From Utricularia gibba (Eukaryota > Plantae > Magnoliophyta): 64,000 bases of DNA. Shown here piece after piece: positions 37,693-51,302 of this stretch. Position numbers and translations under genes: made by a program. Position 1 is the first letter of the stretch. Every line of letters begins with the position of its first letter. Under the pieces are notes generated by a model. It saw only the letters and a program-made list of their open reading frames with translations, had not been told where the DNA came from and searched no databases. The stretch is from the NCBI GenBank assembly GCA_002189035.1, contig NEEC01000019.1:1054001-1118000 (forward strand), read 5' to 3'.

Positions 37693-39342
37693 ATGGGGGA
37701 ACCGCTGGAGAGAACGATGAAGCTGGATCCGCTGGTTTCTCCTACGAGTTCCTGTTCGGTGACGCAAACGGTAAACGGATCGCATCGCTTTGTGATTCAG
37801 GGTTACTCGCTGACGAAGGGGATGGGAGTTAGTAAGTATATAGCGAGCGATGAATTCAAGGTGGGAGGGTATAAGTGGGCTATTTACTTTTATCCTGATG
37901 GTAAGAACCCTGAGGATAGTTCTGCATATGTTTCGGTTTTCATTGCCTTGGCGAGCGATGGTACGGATGTCCGGGCGTTGTTTGAGCTGACACTTGTGGA
38001 CCAGAGCGGGAAGGGGAATCACAAAGTGCATAGCCATTTTGATAGATCACTCGAGAGCGGACCATATACGCTCAAGTATAGAGGCAGCATGTGGTTAGTG
38101 GAGAACATCCCAATCTGGTCTTTTTTTTTTTTTTTGAGTTGGTGTCTGCATGCTTTGAAACCTGTGGTAGAGGGCAGATTTTTTTTTTTTTTCTTTTTCG
38201 GTATGTTAAGTGATTCTTTCTTTAATTCAGGGGATACAAAAGATTCTTCAGGAGGTCTATTCTTGAGACGTCGGATTATCTTAAAGATGATTGCTTGAAA
38301 ATCAATTGTACTGTGGGAGTAGTCGTTTCCGCTATTGATTGTTCAGGATTGCACTCAATTCAGATCCCTGATTCTGATATTGGGTCGCATATAGGCATGC
38401 TTCTGGAAAACATGCAGGGTTCTGACATTGTTTTTAATGTCTCCGGTGAGAAATTCCATGCGCACAAGTTGGTATTGGCTGCAAGATCCTCCAAGTTTCG
38501 CTCTGAACTTTCTGAAAGAAGTGACGAGCAAGAGATTTTAGTATCAGACCTGGAGCCTGAAGTGTTTAAGGTTTTTAAACATTCATTCTATTTACTCTTT
38601 AATGCAAAGTGGTGCATTTCTTCTTTTTTTCCCATTCTGGACACCCTTTTCTCATTGCTGTTTTATTAAAAGTTTATCGTATGGCTCTTGGCATTTTATT
38701 TTACATTTGGATTATTTTGGTGATCGTTTATCTCTTTGTCAGGCTATGCTGCACTTTATATATCGGGATGCCCTGGTAGAAGATGGGCTGACAGTGTACA
38801 GCTCTTCCTCGGTAACAGACTCGTTAGCAGCAAAGCTGCTGGCAGCAGCAGACCGTTATGAGTTAAGCAGATTGAGGAGGATGTGTGAGTCTCATCTCTG
38901 CAAAGACATATCTGTCGACACTGTGGGCCAAATTCTTGCTTTAGCAGATCATTGTCACGCTTCTGAACTAAAAGCTGTTTGCCTGAGATTTGCTGCTGAG
39001 AACCTAGCAGGTGCGCAAACTTGTATCCAGATTATATTTCACAACCATTTGAAAGTTGGAAAAGCAAGCACCATCTTCCTCCCCGACTACCCCCTTGACA
39101 CAAATATGGTCTATATGTATTTGGTCTTCTAATTGGCCTTGTGATTCTCTATTGCAGCTGTCATGCGGTCTGATGGATTTCAGTATCTTAAGGAGAATTG
39201 CCCGGCTCTGCAGTCGGAGCTTTTGAAAACAGTAGCTGGATGCGATGATGAATGTAGCAGTGGCGGCAAGTCTCGAAGCGTTTGGGCTCAACTCTCGGAT
39301 GGTGGGGATGCAAGCGGCAGACGCGTTAGACAAAAAACTTGA
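37693..39342 (+). CDS. BPM: BTB/POZ-MATH domain protein (BPM5/6-like CUL3 adaptor), 4 exons
   Basis: MATH: [15 protein letters not shown]...[19 protein letters not shown]...GSMW|[11 protein letters not shown]: [27 protein letters not shown]-like [13 protein letters not shown]. Ends [22 protein letters not shown]. Confidence 0.94.
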
Positions 39343-39832
39343 TCCTCATCCTCGCAGCAAGATACCAAAGCCTGCTCTCATGCATCCAAGGGAAATATTT
39401 TTTTGTAGATTTTGATTTCTTTGACCAGAGGCAGGTGAGGTGTCCCAAAGGGGAAGCGTTGTAATTCTGTGGGAAAGCATATTGTTCCTCGTGGTTACGT
39501 TTTCTGATAAAAACTGATTACTACAGAAGGCAAGCAGCATATATTGTTACTCGGAGAGAACATGGGAGACATACAGACACGATAGGTTATATCCCCAGGT
39601 CCAAGCAAAAGGGTGCGGATGCCTTTGAAATACATGTTTTTCAAACAAGGCGTCATAAAGTCAAACTGCAATTGATCCCAGCATGATCATTAACTCATAC
39701 AGATGAACGAATGGCAATCAGGAGCGGACCTCACAAGAGCCAAGAAATATATCTCTCATGAAACTCACAAGCGGTTCGGATGGGATGCTTTCCTCTCCCT
39801 CTGTATATACTTTCTTCCACGAGCCATTCATT

Positions 39833-42800
39833 CTACAAACTTCTGTAATCAATAACTGTGACTTCGTCATCTGGGGCATCCAGATCGTTGTAACTGCATG
39901 TAGGATCTCTTGTTCAGTTTTATTCAATCTCATGAGGAGGTTAAAAGGAAAAGACTTGACTCCTGCATTCAGTTAAGCTTGAGCAGTAAGGACAGAGCCC
40001 TGACCTGCGCAAATGGCGGGGATCTCGTCTAAGAGCAGGGGGCATGGCAATGATGGGAGAAGGTCCGCCCATCTGTGGCCCTGATCTCCCATTTCTGCCT
40101 CCTTCGAAAGGGGAAGGCCCTCCTTGTTCTCTCAGCATTTGCATCGCAACTTCAGGAGGGGCTGGGACGAAAGGGCCCAATGGACTGAAACACATGGTCG
40201 GCCATAAACCCAGTCAAAGTCAAACTTACACATCAGAGGAGAGGCAAAAGTTAAGAAGAGTGATGTAAATACCCAGCTCCCGGAACAGGCATTAGCACAG
40301 GAGGCGGCATATCTAATGAAAAAGCAGCTACTGGTATGCTCTGTCCAAAAGAATCATATAAGGACTCATCTGGCTTATTCCCGACAGAGCCATCATCATT
40401 GCCAAAATTGTCAGGCCTATCAAAGAGTTCACCCCCATTAATACGGTTGTCATATTCTCGGCGATTACCCCTGTCATCTTTGATTCTCCCTTCTAAGCCA
40501 GGTCTGTGTCTTTGCATCCTATCCTTCTGCAGTGGCATATATGCTTAAGTACAGGGTACTTTCCAGAATAACATACAGAAATAATAATACAAGTCCTACC
40601 GAAAAAGAAGGCAGCATAACCGGCTTCCCTCCAGGTGCATTCTCATCACTGCAAATAAGATACCGTTACCAAATGATCTTAAGATCAGCGAAAGCAATAA
40701 AAAGACATCACTTACTTCATGTAGTTTTGGAAATACAGCTCTTCCCGCACTTTAGATGTCAATTCCACAACAAGTTCAGGATGTTTCAACTTTAAGTGCT
40801 TGTGAACAAATTCAGCAGCATGAAAGAGCTTAGTGCAGCCTTTTGCTCCACACCCATATTTCCATCCATACTTTTCATCCCTAATTTTGCGAACATATGG
40901 ATCCAATGCTTCAGTAGTCGCAGCATCAATCTTTTCTTTCGCTGTCATTGCTTCAAGGGGATCCGTACGGTTTAGCCTCTCGTGCCAATAAAAATCTAGT
41001 TTCTTTTCTATTCCGTCACCATCACCATTTGCCTCAGCAGTCTTCCCATCTGCCCTGACATGCCGTAAACCTTTGGCTTCACTTGATTCAGACAAACCAT
41101 AATAATCAATTCCATGAATACGCCAGAGATAAGTCAGCAACGTTTCCAAGAGCTCAACACCTTCAAGACCTTTGACTGCATTTATGCCTTGCACAATGAC
41201 CACTGGACCACTTGAGTTTCCATGAAACTTGTCTCTGCTCATTCTACTATTGTCACCTTGCAGCAGAATATTCTCTTCAATTCCTTTTTCTGAGTCAAGC
41301 TTCCTCACAAGAGACAAAGCCTGTTCAACATCACTCTGGATTCTTCGGGACTCAGAAAAAACTGGATGGGCCTTTGGAGCAGAGAGATGGTAGGACTCTT
41401 TGGCACCATCCCGACCCGAGCGCCTTCTTTTTCCCCCAACACCGGATTCATCATCAGAATTAGATTGCTGTCCCAGTTTACTTGATGATGGTGTATGACT
41501 TGGGCCACTATTTAATGAAGGGAACTTTTCTTATCAACAACCATAATTCATTATAACATAAATGCACAAATGCAGACCCATGTCCTCAGGAAATAGGAAG
41601 AGCTCTTACATGTCCAAGGTTCCGTTCTGCAGATCAGCCTGAAAATCTTTCGCCAACTTCTTTGAAAGCTCATTCCTCCTGCAAATTTCTTGTCCAGTGA
41701 GTAGAGAAGACAGAGGAAATAGGAAGGACGAGGCGCCATGAGAAAGTACAATAAAAACACACCGTTCTATAACAGCTAGCAAGTTCGTGGGATGATACTT
41801 GTCTTTCAGCCTGGATGCAGGAAAACTCACATTAGACGAGAAAGTATCAAAATCAACGAGGGAGAGAAGGAAGATGATAATTCATCAACTGTACCATTCT
41901 TCATCTTTGTGCGCACCAAAATAGTTTCTTTTCTGAGTAGATATATACTCGCTCCTGTACTCTTGATATCTAGTCGAACAAATAAATCAGCATATAACAG
42001 AAATTAGCAAATGCCAAAAAGAGGATTTTTGAATACCAAATACTCTAGGCGTACCTTTTTTCTGCTTCTGAAGGTAAAATATCGTCTTCCAACTCTTGAA
42101 TGAACTGCTTATAAGACATCATTCCTTCCCTGAAAAATATCATCAAATTCCATCAGCAACGAAGGTTCTACAAAAAATATCCCTGAAGTTCATTCAAAAA
42201 AATAAAATCCCAATTGAAAGACAGCATACGAAGTCTTTGAGGAAATATGAAGAACGCATCTTTCAACTATCCAAGGCAATAGGGATAAAATCAAATTTTG
42301 ATTCCCTTCAAAACATCCAGACAGAGAAATGACTACCGTTGAACTCCTCCAGCATTGAAAGCATCATTAAATCCACCACGGCCAGAATCCCAATCTACAA
42401 AAGCAAATACCATTTTAAAAAAAAAGGGCAATGCTATGAGTATAAAGTACAAAACTATTTTTACACAGAACAAACTCCAAAAAAGATGAAAAACTGGTGA
42501 TTCAGCACACAGTACAACTTCTGAAGTTCAAAGACCAGTCAGCAAGTTGATCAGAAGCTAGAAAGTTATGGGATTTTACCAGATGAACCGCCAGGATATC
42601 CACGACCCAACCGACCATGAAGCCTGTCTTCAGGGTAGCCAATTCTGCCTCCCATCTCACGCTCATAACCCGCAGAATAATCATACGGAATCCTGAATCC
42701 AAAATATGAGCAATCTTCGTTTTTTTAAGGTATAAAGAAGGAAATGATGTAGCTCAAAGAGAAAATACAATGACTGCAAAACATAATATCAACATGGCTA

Positions 42801-43315
42801 TTGATATCAACCAAAGCTCATAGAAAAAGCACCAATCAGTTACATGAAAATAATCCCAAATAAGGGGCTCACCTTCGCTCCCCAGGGCCATATCCTCCTA
42901 TAGGGCTCCCTCGTCTTCCATCATACACATCGTCCCGTCTACGCTTATACGCAGGGAAGGGTGGGGATCTCCTAACCGGGGAATGGGGGCGTCGATCCCT
43001 GTAAGGCGGCGGAGGCGGACTCGGGCTCATTCTACTCCGCTTATGATAATCCCTCTCTCGCGGCGGTGGCGGGGGAGATGATCGATTCCGTTCGTATTGG
43101 TCTCTCCGCGGTGGCCGCTCATCACGCCGGTCCCGAGAATCCCGGATTCCTCTGCGCGGAGGCAGAGGCGGAGGGGGTGGCGAAGATGCAGCATCGTGCC
43201 CAGCCTCAGTGGCGGCAGTTTCCAATTGCTTCTCTTCGGTGTTGGGGTCCGCCTCGAGCCCAGCGTCGCGGTTTTCTCCGGAATTTTCCTCAGCACGGTC
43301 CAGATCCTCCGCCAT
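39833..43315 (-). CDS. SE: SERRATE (ARS2 homologue; miRNA processing and splicing), multi-exon
   Basis: Arg/Pro-rich N-terminus; C2H2 finger YGCGAKGCTKLFHAAEFVHKHLKLKH; DMPPPVLMPVPGAG; ends YNDLDAPDDEVTVIDYRSL* (TAG 39833-39835). Confidence 0.96.
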
Positions 43316-43827
43316 CAACGACTGCCAATTTGGTCAGTTTCCAAACCCTAATCTGCTAGTCGAACTACGAGCGGTGACCTCAAGACGGCCGGGCGCTCTT
43401 CAAACTCATTTCTAAATGACATAAACGCCCCCAATCGTTTTCAAGTTCCTCTACCGCTTTACAAAATTGAAATTAAATAAAATTGGAATTAATAAATAAA
43501 AAATGGAAAATCAATATTTTGAATAAATAAAAAAACCCTAAATAATAAGTGATTTTTTCCTTTTTTATTAAAAAACATATGAATCGTAATACAATTAATT
43601 TTATTTAAGCACAGAAAAATAATTAATAAATTGATAGCCGCAATTTGCTTATGGAGAATAAATTCGTAGCCCACAAGTGTAGTACGCTTCTACGAGGGGA
43701 GAGGAGAGCACCTGAATTTGCACAGGGAAGCGAACAAATCAGTTACCGGATTCCGAGCAGTTCCTGGGCCGGGGATCGGATTTGCTCTTGACTGCGCCTT
43801 GCGTCAGCTAGGAAGTTAATCTAGGGA

Positions 43828-45573
43828 ATGGGGAGTGAGAAATTCAGCATTACGGCAGAGGACCTGTCAACGATCGGAGGGATAGCAACGGTTTCCCTTC
43901 TGCATTCCTTTATACCGACACACTGGCTTCCGTTTTCCGTAGTGGGGCGCGTTCAGAAATGGACCCTTTCTCGTACGCTTCTCGTGAGTAAGTATTTGTT
44001 GCGTTCTTGTTTCTGGTGGTGCGAAATTTTGGGTTTCTGGCGTTAGTGGGAGGAATTGGTATGCAGATTTATGTTTAATTTTAAGAATTCGTTATGGATT
44101 TATGGAGAAAACTTAATTGACTGATACCGAGTTATCTGTTGATGTATATATGTCGAGTGTTACGGTACTAGATACTTTCTCTCGTATTCATAATGTTTTA
44201 GCTTTCATGGAGCATCATCTGTTGACCTCAAAGAGCGTCTTGGGGATGTTTATGGAAGGCATTCTTGGTTTTCGTCTCTTCAATCATGAGTTTTTCATCT
44301 GAATTGGTTTTAAATCTTCTGTGCAAACGGCCTATTTAGATCCATGCTCAGGCTAGTTGCTAAGTTTGTTGATGCATTCTTTGGTGAAGTTGCTTTGCTT
44401 TTTATGTCAAGGCAGGAAATGAGGCTTTTAAACGCTCTTGAATCCTGTTGAAGTAAAAGTTTGAAAGAAAAGTTATTATCATGCTACCTATTTCGTGTTC
44501 TGAAGAAATGTCCTTTTTTTTCTTAAAGAAACCAGTAACCGACTACCATCGAGTAAGGCATCACTGGTTTGAATCAAAGGAACTCTCGTGGCTTGCAGTC
44601 ACTTGAAATTGCACAGAACATTTGGCTTGCATTTTGTCAGCTAGTCTTTCATATTGCATTTGTTTCTCTTCAATGAGTTTTGTCTGAATGATTGTTGCTG
44701 AATTCCAACTGCTTGCTTTGGATAGATAAATGATGTAAAATTAAATAAAAGTTTGTTTTTCTGCATTTTGATAACCATGAAAGCATGTCATCTGCCTGCA
44801 GCTGCATTTGGAGCTGTCCTACACGTCATGTCCACTTCACTTCTTGGGATAACTGCAATCACCATAAGCAACACCATTGCAGGGGAGGAAACTGTTCACA
44901 AGCTTGCTTCATTGCTGCTAGTATTTCTAGGTGGTGGTTACATCATTTTGTTTCTTACTGGAAAAGGAGGGCATTCCCATGCTCACAACCAGCCAATGGA
45001 GAAAATGGCAGTTGCCGGCCTTGTTCTCGTTCCTGCGTTGTCTCCATGTGCCACTACACTCCCCGTATTTCTTGCTGTTGGAAATTCATCTTCAATGATG
45101 ATTCTCGCTATCATAGTGTTGCTACTAAGGTATAAGGTTAATTTTTGCAGCTTATCGTAGTGGTTTATTGTTCTTCTTCTACGAGACATGTTTATTTTGA
45201 GATCAAAAAAGTTGTTTGGACTGTAGATATTCTCAAAACAGGCCCAAACACCACTGGAAGTGGAAATCAGTTGACCCCGAGCCATTACACTCTTTCATCT
45301 CCATCCATATTTTGGTTTATGTGTCATTAAGCTGATCCCGATTCGCTGATACTCTTGCTTTCATGCAGCACGATCACCGTGATGACTTCCCTGGTAGCAC
45401 TCTCATTCTACGGTGCAAGTCAGATCAAGTTCCATTGGGTTGAACGGTATGACAAGCTTCTGGTAGGCTCAGTCCTGTGTTTAGTAGGTATCCTAACTCT
45501 CATCTTCCATGATCACGATGGGCATCCCGGCTCCTCCGGAGCTCATCTGCATAGAAAATTTATTGGCCTGTGA
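43828..45573 (+). CDS. Conserved His-rich multi-pass membrane protein, RcnA/UreH/NiCoT-like; 3 exons
   Basis: Exons 43828-43987, 44802-45130 and 45370-45573. Product has LLHSFIPTHWLP (H-x4-T-H, resembling NiCoT HX4DH and RcnA HALEPGH), several hydrophobic helices, GGHSHAHN loop, PALSPC motif and a His-rich C-terminus. Confidence 0.8.
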
Positions 45574-46258
45574 CCTCTGTGTAATCAGCACAGTATTGAG
45601 AAAACATGTCATAGACCGTAGGTTGGTTGATACTGTTGAATCCCTCTCGTGACAACTCTTAAAACCTCCCTCCCACCCGTGTTTCATTTCACAACAGCAC
45701 TGTTCATATTTTACTGTAGTAAAGCCTTGGCCATGCCTGTTCCTGTTTGTATGATGCAATGCTGAATGCTCTACATGTTTACGGTGCTTAAGGATGGATT
45801 ACACACTTGTTTTGTTACAAAATTTTCATATTTCATCGCAATCCGTTTCACCCCATTTTAAAACATCACTAAGATCAGGACTACTATCAGCTTGTTGAAA
45901 AATCGTGATTGAATTATAGTTGAATAGTCATGAATGGTTCATGGGACATTAGGTTACGTTCAATAGTGATTTGTAGTGAAACAAACTGCTTTGGATGTTG
46001 AATCATTGGTGAGATTTTCAACTGTGAGCAACTAATCCACAATATCTACAGCCGTGCAACACCAGATTCCTAGGCTGCATACCATCAGCCGTACTACGGC
46101 TATAAGTACTGCTCATTTATAAAATTGGTCAACTTATTATGACATAAAATTTAAATATAATATGATTATTTTTTTAACATAGTATCTAACATATGATCAC
46201 TTTTCTAATTGATACCTTTACTTAAAAGACTTCATGCTATACTACGTGCAGCCGGGAT

Positions 46259-46357
46259 GAGCCCAATTCACGATTTGAGCCCTGGGCCGAAACGCAACTC
46301 AGCCCATTTGAATGTGGGTCATGGGTCCCAGTGGCCCCCATTCATAGAGTATAAAAG
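46259..46357 (+). promoter_or_regulatory. Site II (TGGGCY) cluster plus TATA box not attached to any protein-coding gene
   Basis: agccca twice, tgggcc once, and gtgggtc/ggtccca within about 80 bp, followed by TATAAAAG at 46350-46357. The flanking genes both end here (convergent). Confidence 0.4.
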
Positions 46358-46500
46358 AATTAAAAATTTCAAATTTAGTCATAAATTATTTAAAATTCTG
46401 AGGGTGAATATTTGAGAATCACGCGTAATAAATATTATTATAATAATACCATTTTTGGGACACGTAAGTACGAGACATATTTTATTCCCAATTGCTTCTG

Positions 46501-46578
46501 TGAAAGATGATGAGTCATAAGGCCTAAGCCACGTGCAATAAAGATTGCTGTCTGTCGTGTCTTTATTGTCTGATTTCA
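46501..46578 (+). ncRNA. Candidate C/D-box snoRNA-like RNA
   Basis: TGAAA stem, GA, then TGATGA (box C; ATGATGA 46507-46513), CTGA box D at 46570-46573, and TTTCA closing stem; 78 nt. No convincing guide of 10 nt or more identified. Confidence 0.3.
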
Positions 46579-46949
46579 TTAATTGTGTCATGGTCGATGT
46601 GCAGCAATCCCATTGGTCGAAGCTTAGCACTTCGCTATCCACAGATCTACTCCTTTTTCTAGGAGGGGTTGCGTGTCACCTACGAGGCCTAGGTGTTGGA
46701 TACCTGAGATCTTGCCTTCCTCCACGTGTCCCAAAGATTTAGATCGACGGCTATGAAATAAACCCTACTTAATTTTGTTGGCTCCTCTAATTTATTTTCA
46801 AAGTGGGGTTTCAAGTCCTTGCAAATTAAAAAGTGCCCCCAACTTTTATGTTAATTCTCTCATTGGTTGGAGCTGGAAGCAGAGTGACATCATTTTACTG
46901 CAGATGTGCAGCTCATGTTGATGTACAGTAGCAGAAAAAGCAGGAGAAG

Positions 46950-46991
46950 ATCCCATCTTCTGCTGAGAAAATCCCATCTACTGCTGAGAGT
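46950..46991. repeat. 21-bp direct duplication (ATCCCATCT[T/A]CTGCTGAGA..)
   Basis: Two adjacent near-identical copies, 46950-46970 and 46971-46991. Confidence 0.75.
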
Positions 46992-47517
46992 CATTTGGGG
47001 AGTAAGTAAACCTTGTTGATCTGTGTGGAACATGGGACAAATCAAAGCTGCCAATATTGCCAAATGGATAGCTCATAATTGGGTGTTGATGGAAACATGG
47101 AAAAATCCAAGCAAAAAAACAAACTTGGGGTCAGACCATCACACCATCCCATCAAAACAAACACTGCATTACAGCAAGCCCTGCCACATGTTTTTGTCTA
47201 TAAAGTTTTATCTGCAAAGCAGATTGAACGAGCACATGTGCAAGGATGGTTAGAAAAGGGAGTTTCATCTTTATGGTACCTAAATGAGGCATTGGCAACT
47301 GAGTGGAATCAACCCTTGTGGTTGATTTGATGCTAGTTGGGGAAAACATATGGCAGAACATCTCAAGGGAGGAATCCATGGAATATGGTCCTACCATAAG
47401 CTTATACATACCATGATGATCAAGATGCCAAACTCTAGACATGTATTCTTTATCTCTAATAAACACAAGTTGTTGGATCATGATCATCAAGCGAGGTTGC
47501 ACTTGGCCAACTTCAGC

Positions 47518-49218
47518 TCAGTACCAGACAGGTGATATGTCTTGCTGCTTGGACGAGTTTTCGTTGTGGTAGTCCATCGGGAAGATGGATGGGGAATCGA
47601 ACATTAGCCGGAAACTGTCTGCAGCAGAGCTAGAGCTGAAGGGTTGAGGAATGGACTTGCATTCATAGTCGAAAATGACACCATCCAGCAACAATGGTTG
47701 GCTTTCAAGGTATCCTTCGGTCCTGTAAGGGGAGTTGCAGACATTTGAACTGTGAGATTTTTGAACATCTGTGTCGTAGAGGGACATGAGATTGCTGATC
47801 ATCCTCTGTCCCTCTTCTGGAACCCCAAGATTCGAGAGGTCGAATGAAGCGGGAGGTGGATTCATAGGCAAGGACTGAGGAAAGACAACCGGCTTCACGT
47901 CTGTAACATCAAAACCTGATGCATCAAAGCCAGAGGAATGCTTTAGTGGACAAGAGAGCTGATGGTTGTCTCTTGATGTTTTATCTTGAAACCCGAGGCA
48001 AGCTTCACTATGGGGACACCGGAGATACTTGCATGTGTAAATCTTGCTCTCCAGCATCTCATTGTTTCCTAGTTTTCTTTTCCTGGAAAAGTCCAGGTTG
48101 GTGATCCCTGTCTCCTTGACAGGATGAGACTGCTCTGCCACTTGAAAGTTATCCATCCCAAGATTCATTAAGCTCATGGGAGATGGCTTTTGTTCTTGCA
48201 CTTCGAAGTTTGAATCCACGAAAGCTCCATCGACATCATACTCACTGGAATCGTTCATTGCAAGCGCACTGCTACCACAAGATGAGGATAGAGGAGGGCA
48301 GTAATCAGGGAAGAGCTCTCGGGCCATGGCTTCCTCCTGGTTGATAATATTCAGCCAAGTAGCGCTTTCCTTGGCCGTCATCTTGTCCTGTAAACACTTC
48401 GACTGCCTTACAAGTTTCCGAATCTTCGAAATATCGGGTGACATATGCTTGATAACAGCTGTCAAAACACCAACTTTCCATGCCTTCTTAAGATCATGAG
48501 GCTTCTTATACGGAGGAGGGCCTTGATCCCGCTGCAATCCCAGATGCGGCCACCATTCTTCATTTCCGGTCGGCCACCATGGCGGAGGAACCCCTTTCTC
48601 CAAGGGAAACCTTCGCTGAGGAGGATCACAATGCTGCATCAGAGCTGATAAAAGAGAGCCAAGAGTGGTGTCTTGGAGCTCTTGCAAGGTATGTGGCGTA
48701 GGACCAACAAGATTAGAGCCATCGGGCTTCCCCGGAATCATATTATCTGCTTGGTATTTCGCTATCGCAGCCGGACCATTCCGATCAAACCTCACCTTGT
48801 CCTTCCACCACTCCCTCAGATTATCAGATGCCCCACTGACCGGCTTCCCTTTCTCAGGAATGATCCCATAAACAAAGCCCTGAGCTTTACATACTTCCAT
48901 CATTTTCAACATGTACTTGAGGATCCCATCTTGCGCCCTGGACATCTTCTTCCTCCTGGCCTGCTCCTGCGACTGCCGTTGTTTCCCACTATCCAGACCT
49001 TGTTTCCCTTTATTCATTTCCTTAAACCTTTTCAGCCTCATTTTGTCCCTCCACACCCTTCTCTCAAGCTCATCTACATCGATCTCTTCATCTGTGTAGT
49101 CATCATCCATCATCACCTCTGGCTCTGTATATTGGGGGCAAGCATCAGCCTCCTTCACCGGAGCAGAGATAAAGAAATCAAAATCTCCACAAATTCCCAT
49201 GTTATCAAACATCATCAT
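47518..49218 (-). CDS. EIN3: ETHYLENE INSENSITIVE 3 / EIL transcription factor, single coding exon
   Basis: [21 protein letters not shown]; [38 protein letters not shown]; [20 protein letters not shown]; [19 protein letters not shown]3 versus EIL1 cannot be resolved here. Confidence 0.95.
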   Translation of the reverse strand: MMMFDNMGICGDFDFFISAPVKEADACPQYTEPEVMMDDDYTDEEIDVDELERRVWRDKMRLKRFKEMNKGKQGLDSGKQRQSQEQARRKKMSRAQDGILKYMLKMMEVCKAQGFVYGIIPEKGKPVSGASDNLREWWKDKVRFDRNGPAAIAKYQADNMIPGKPDGSNLVGPTPHTLQELQDTTLGSLLSALMQHCDPPQRRFPLEKGVPPPWWPTGNEEWWPHLGLQRDQGPPPYKKPHDLKKAWKVGVLTAVIKHMSPDISKIRKLVRQSKCLQDKMTAKESATWLNIINQEEAMARELFPDYCPPLSSSCGSSALAMNDSSEYDVDGAFVDSNFEVQEQKPSPMSLMNLGMDNFQVAEQSHPVKETGITNLDFSRKRKLGNNEMLESKIYTCKYLRCPHSEACLGFQDKTSRDNHQLSCPLKHSSGFDASGFDVTDVKPVVFPQSLPMNPPPASFDLSNLGVPEEGQRMISNLMSLYDTDVQKSHSSNVCNSPYRTEGYLESQPLLLDGVIFDYECKSIPQPFSSSSAADSFRLMFDSPSIFPMDYHNENSSKQQDISPVWY

Positions 49219-51265
49219 CCTACACCAGGGGCACAGAGATGGATCTAACTGAATTCTCAGATGTCACTATGAGGGATTATCCAGCATTCACTAACACCTG
49301 TGAACATATCAAATGTAAGAGACACACATCAGTGAGTTGATGAAAAGTAACCTTCAGAGGAAAGATGTAAAAATGCAGTAAACAGTAAAAAAGTAACAAA
49401 AAAAACCCAGTGTCTGTAACTGCAGAACAGAATCGTATGAATCAGATCTACGTAGGATCACATGTAGAGAGCTTATTTGGACCAGGACTTTGATTCAAAG
49501 TCATCAGGTTACTACTATTTGGGTATCAAGGAGAGGGAAAAATGACCAAGAAGAAGATTTTTCAGTAACATATGGAGAAATACAAGGCATCTACGACCAT
49601 ATTCTCTTCCAAGTTTGGAGAGCATTCCATATTCTGACCACCGATAAATCAGCCTTTTCAAGAAACTGAATCAGGACACGACGAAATATGTTTCTTTTTC
49701 AGCCCATGATAGAAGCAAAACGTGATACAAAACTCTGAAATCAGGCAGGGAGGAGAGAAAGGGAAACGAGGTTTCGAAAACAGTAAAACATCATTGATAC
49801 CTAAAAACAAGAGACACGCGTAACCTGAAGCCAGAAATCAACCACAAGTGAAGCCGGACGAAGGTCAGATCACGAACCCGTCAGTTAATCAAACTAAGAA
49901 GCACCCAGAAGAACACACGACAACACAAACAAGAAAAGAAGAGATTTTTTCAATCCACCCAGAATTAATTTCGGCGTAACAGTCTTCTTCTGGTCACCCC
50001 TGGCCAAAGCTTCTCCCAAAACAGAAAATTCTGAACCTCCCACAACAGGAGCAAAAGGCTATAGAGTCAAAGAGAAAGAGAGAGGCATGGAGAGAATAAA
50101 ATAAGCTGCCCCGAAAAAAGCAGTATTTATCATAAACGATGGTTATCTGATTTCTCCCCTCAAGATGTAAGCTTTATGAAGCTAAAATCATTGAGGAAGG
50201 TGAAAAGTGTTGGCTCATGGTGATTGGCGGTGCACCGCCACAGAATAAAAGGGCGCGCACACACGAACATCCAACCACACAAACACAGGGCTGTAGCGCG
50301 TGCGCGTATACGTGGGTGTGTGTGAAAGCATTAAACCAAGTCGGGAAGAGAGAAAAACACACAGTAAGTATTGCAAGTAAATGAAGAGAACAATCAATCG
50401 CCCAGATTCACCCACGGAGACGACTGCATTTACTCTGGGAGCCTCGGTTTTCACCGCGTTATTGCGAAATTCACAGCGGTCTCCCAGTTCCCGATCGGAC
50501 GATGTCTTTTGTACTGCGCAAAGTGTCGTACCAACGCATTTATGTCCTGAAGCCCACTCCGTGTTCTTGCTGCCATTTTCTCACCCCCCACCCTAGACTC
50601 CATCGTTATGCACAGTACTCGTCCTCGATTCTTTATGCCTGACTCAATTAGGAAAGCAACCCAGCTGCTTTCATCACCAGACGAACGGAAAAAACAATGA
50701 TAACCGGCTTCTTCTTCCGTGGAACCCCTTCCGCAACTGTAGCAGCCGGCGTGAACGTGCTGCAGTAGTTTTAAACGGGTCAGATCCATTTTGTACCGGT
50801 TTAAATCAATGTTTAAAAAACCGGGGTAATTCAGTTAATTCAATAATTTTCATTAATATTGAAAAATATTCAATTGGTAGATACAAATATGTAATTCGAT
50901 TATTCAATATATATAATTATTATTATGGGAAAATTATAAATTAAGCCTTCCAATTTACCAATCATTTTTAATGTTAAATAAATTCCTAAAAAACATGCAA
51001 TCAAAGATGATGTTAGGGTTTAGAAATGGGTGGCCCGTGTGGGACACGGTGTCAAGAGTTGAGGACCGAGTCCATTAAGATTTGGTTTGATAATATGATA
51101 TTAGTATGTATAAATATAATCAAATTATATTGTATCATGATATTTGATATTCAAAAATAAAGATATACGTGAATGGTATAAATATAATTAATTAATTCTA
51201 TCTATTTATGTATAACATTCACATATTGAAAAAATGAGTATGTTACTGATACATAAAAAAAAAGT

Positions 51266-51269
<4 letters not shown>

Positions 51270-51298
<29 letters not shown>
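51270..51298. repeat. (TA)n microsatellite
   Basis: About 14 TA units. Confidence 0.9.

Positions 51299-51302
<4 letters not shown>

Noticed and set aside
37434-37832. 132-aa ORF overlapping the start of the BPM gene
   Set aside because: Out of frame with BPM, starts in promoter-type sequence and has no recognisable domain; not supported as a conserved uORF.
48673-49248. 191-aa plus-strand ORF antisense to EIN3
   Set aside because: Shadow of the EIN3 coding strand.
50451-50789. 112-aa minus-strand ORF upstream of EIN3
   Set aside because: No family motif recognised; the region is better explained as GC-rich promoter or conserved non-coding sequence with CGCG/ACGT elements.
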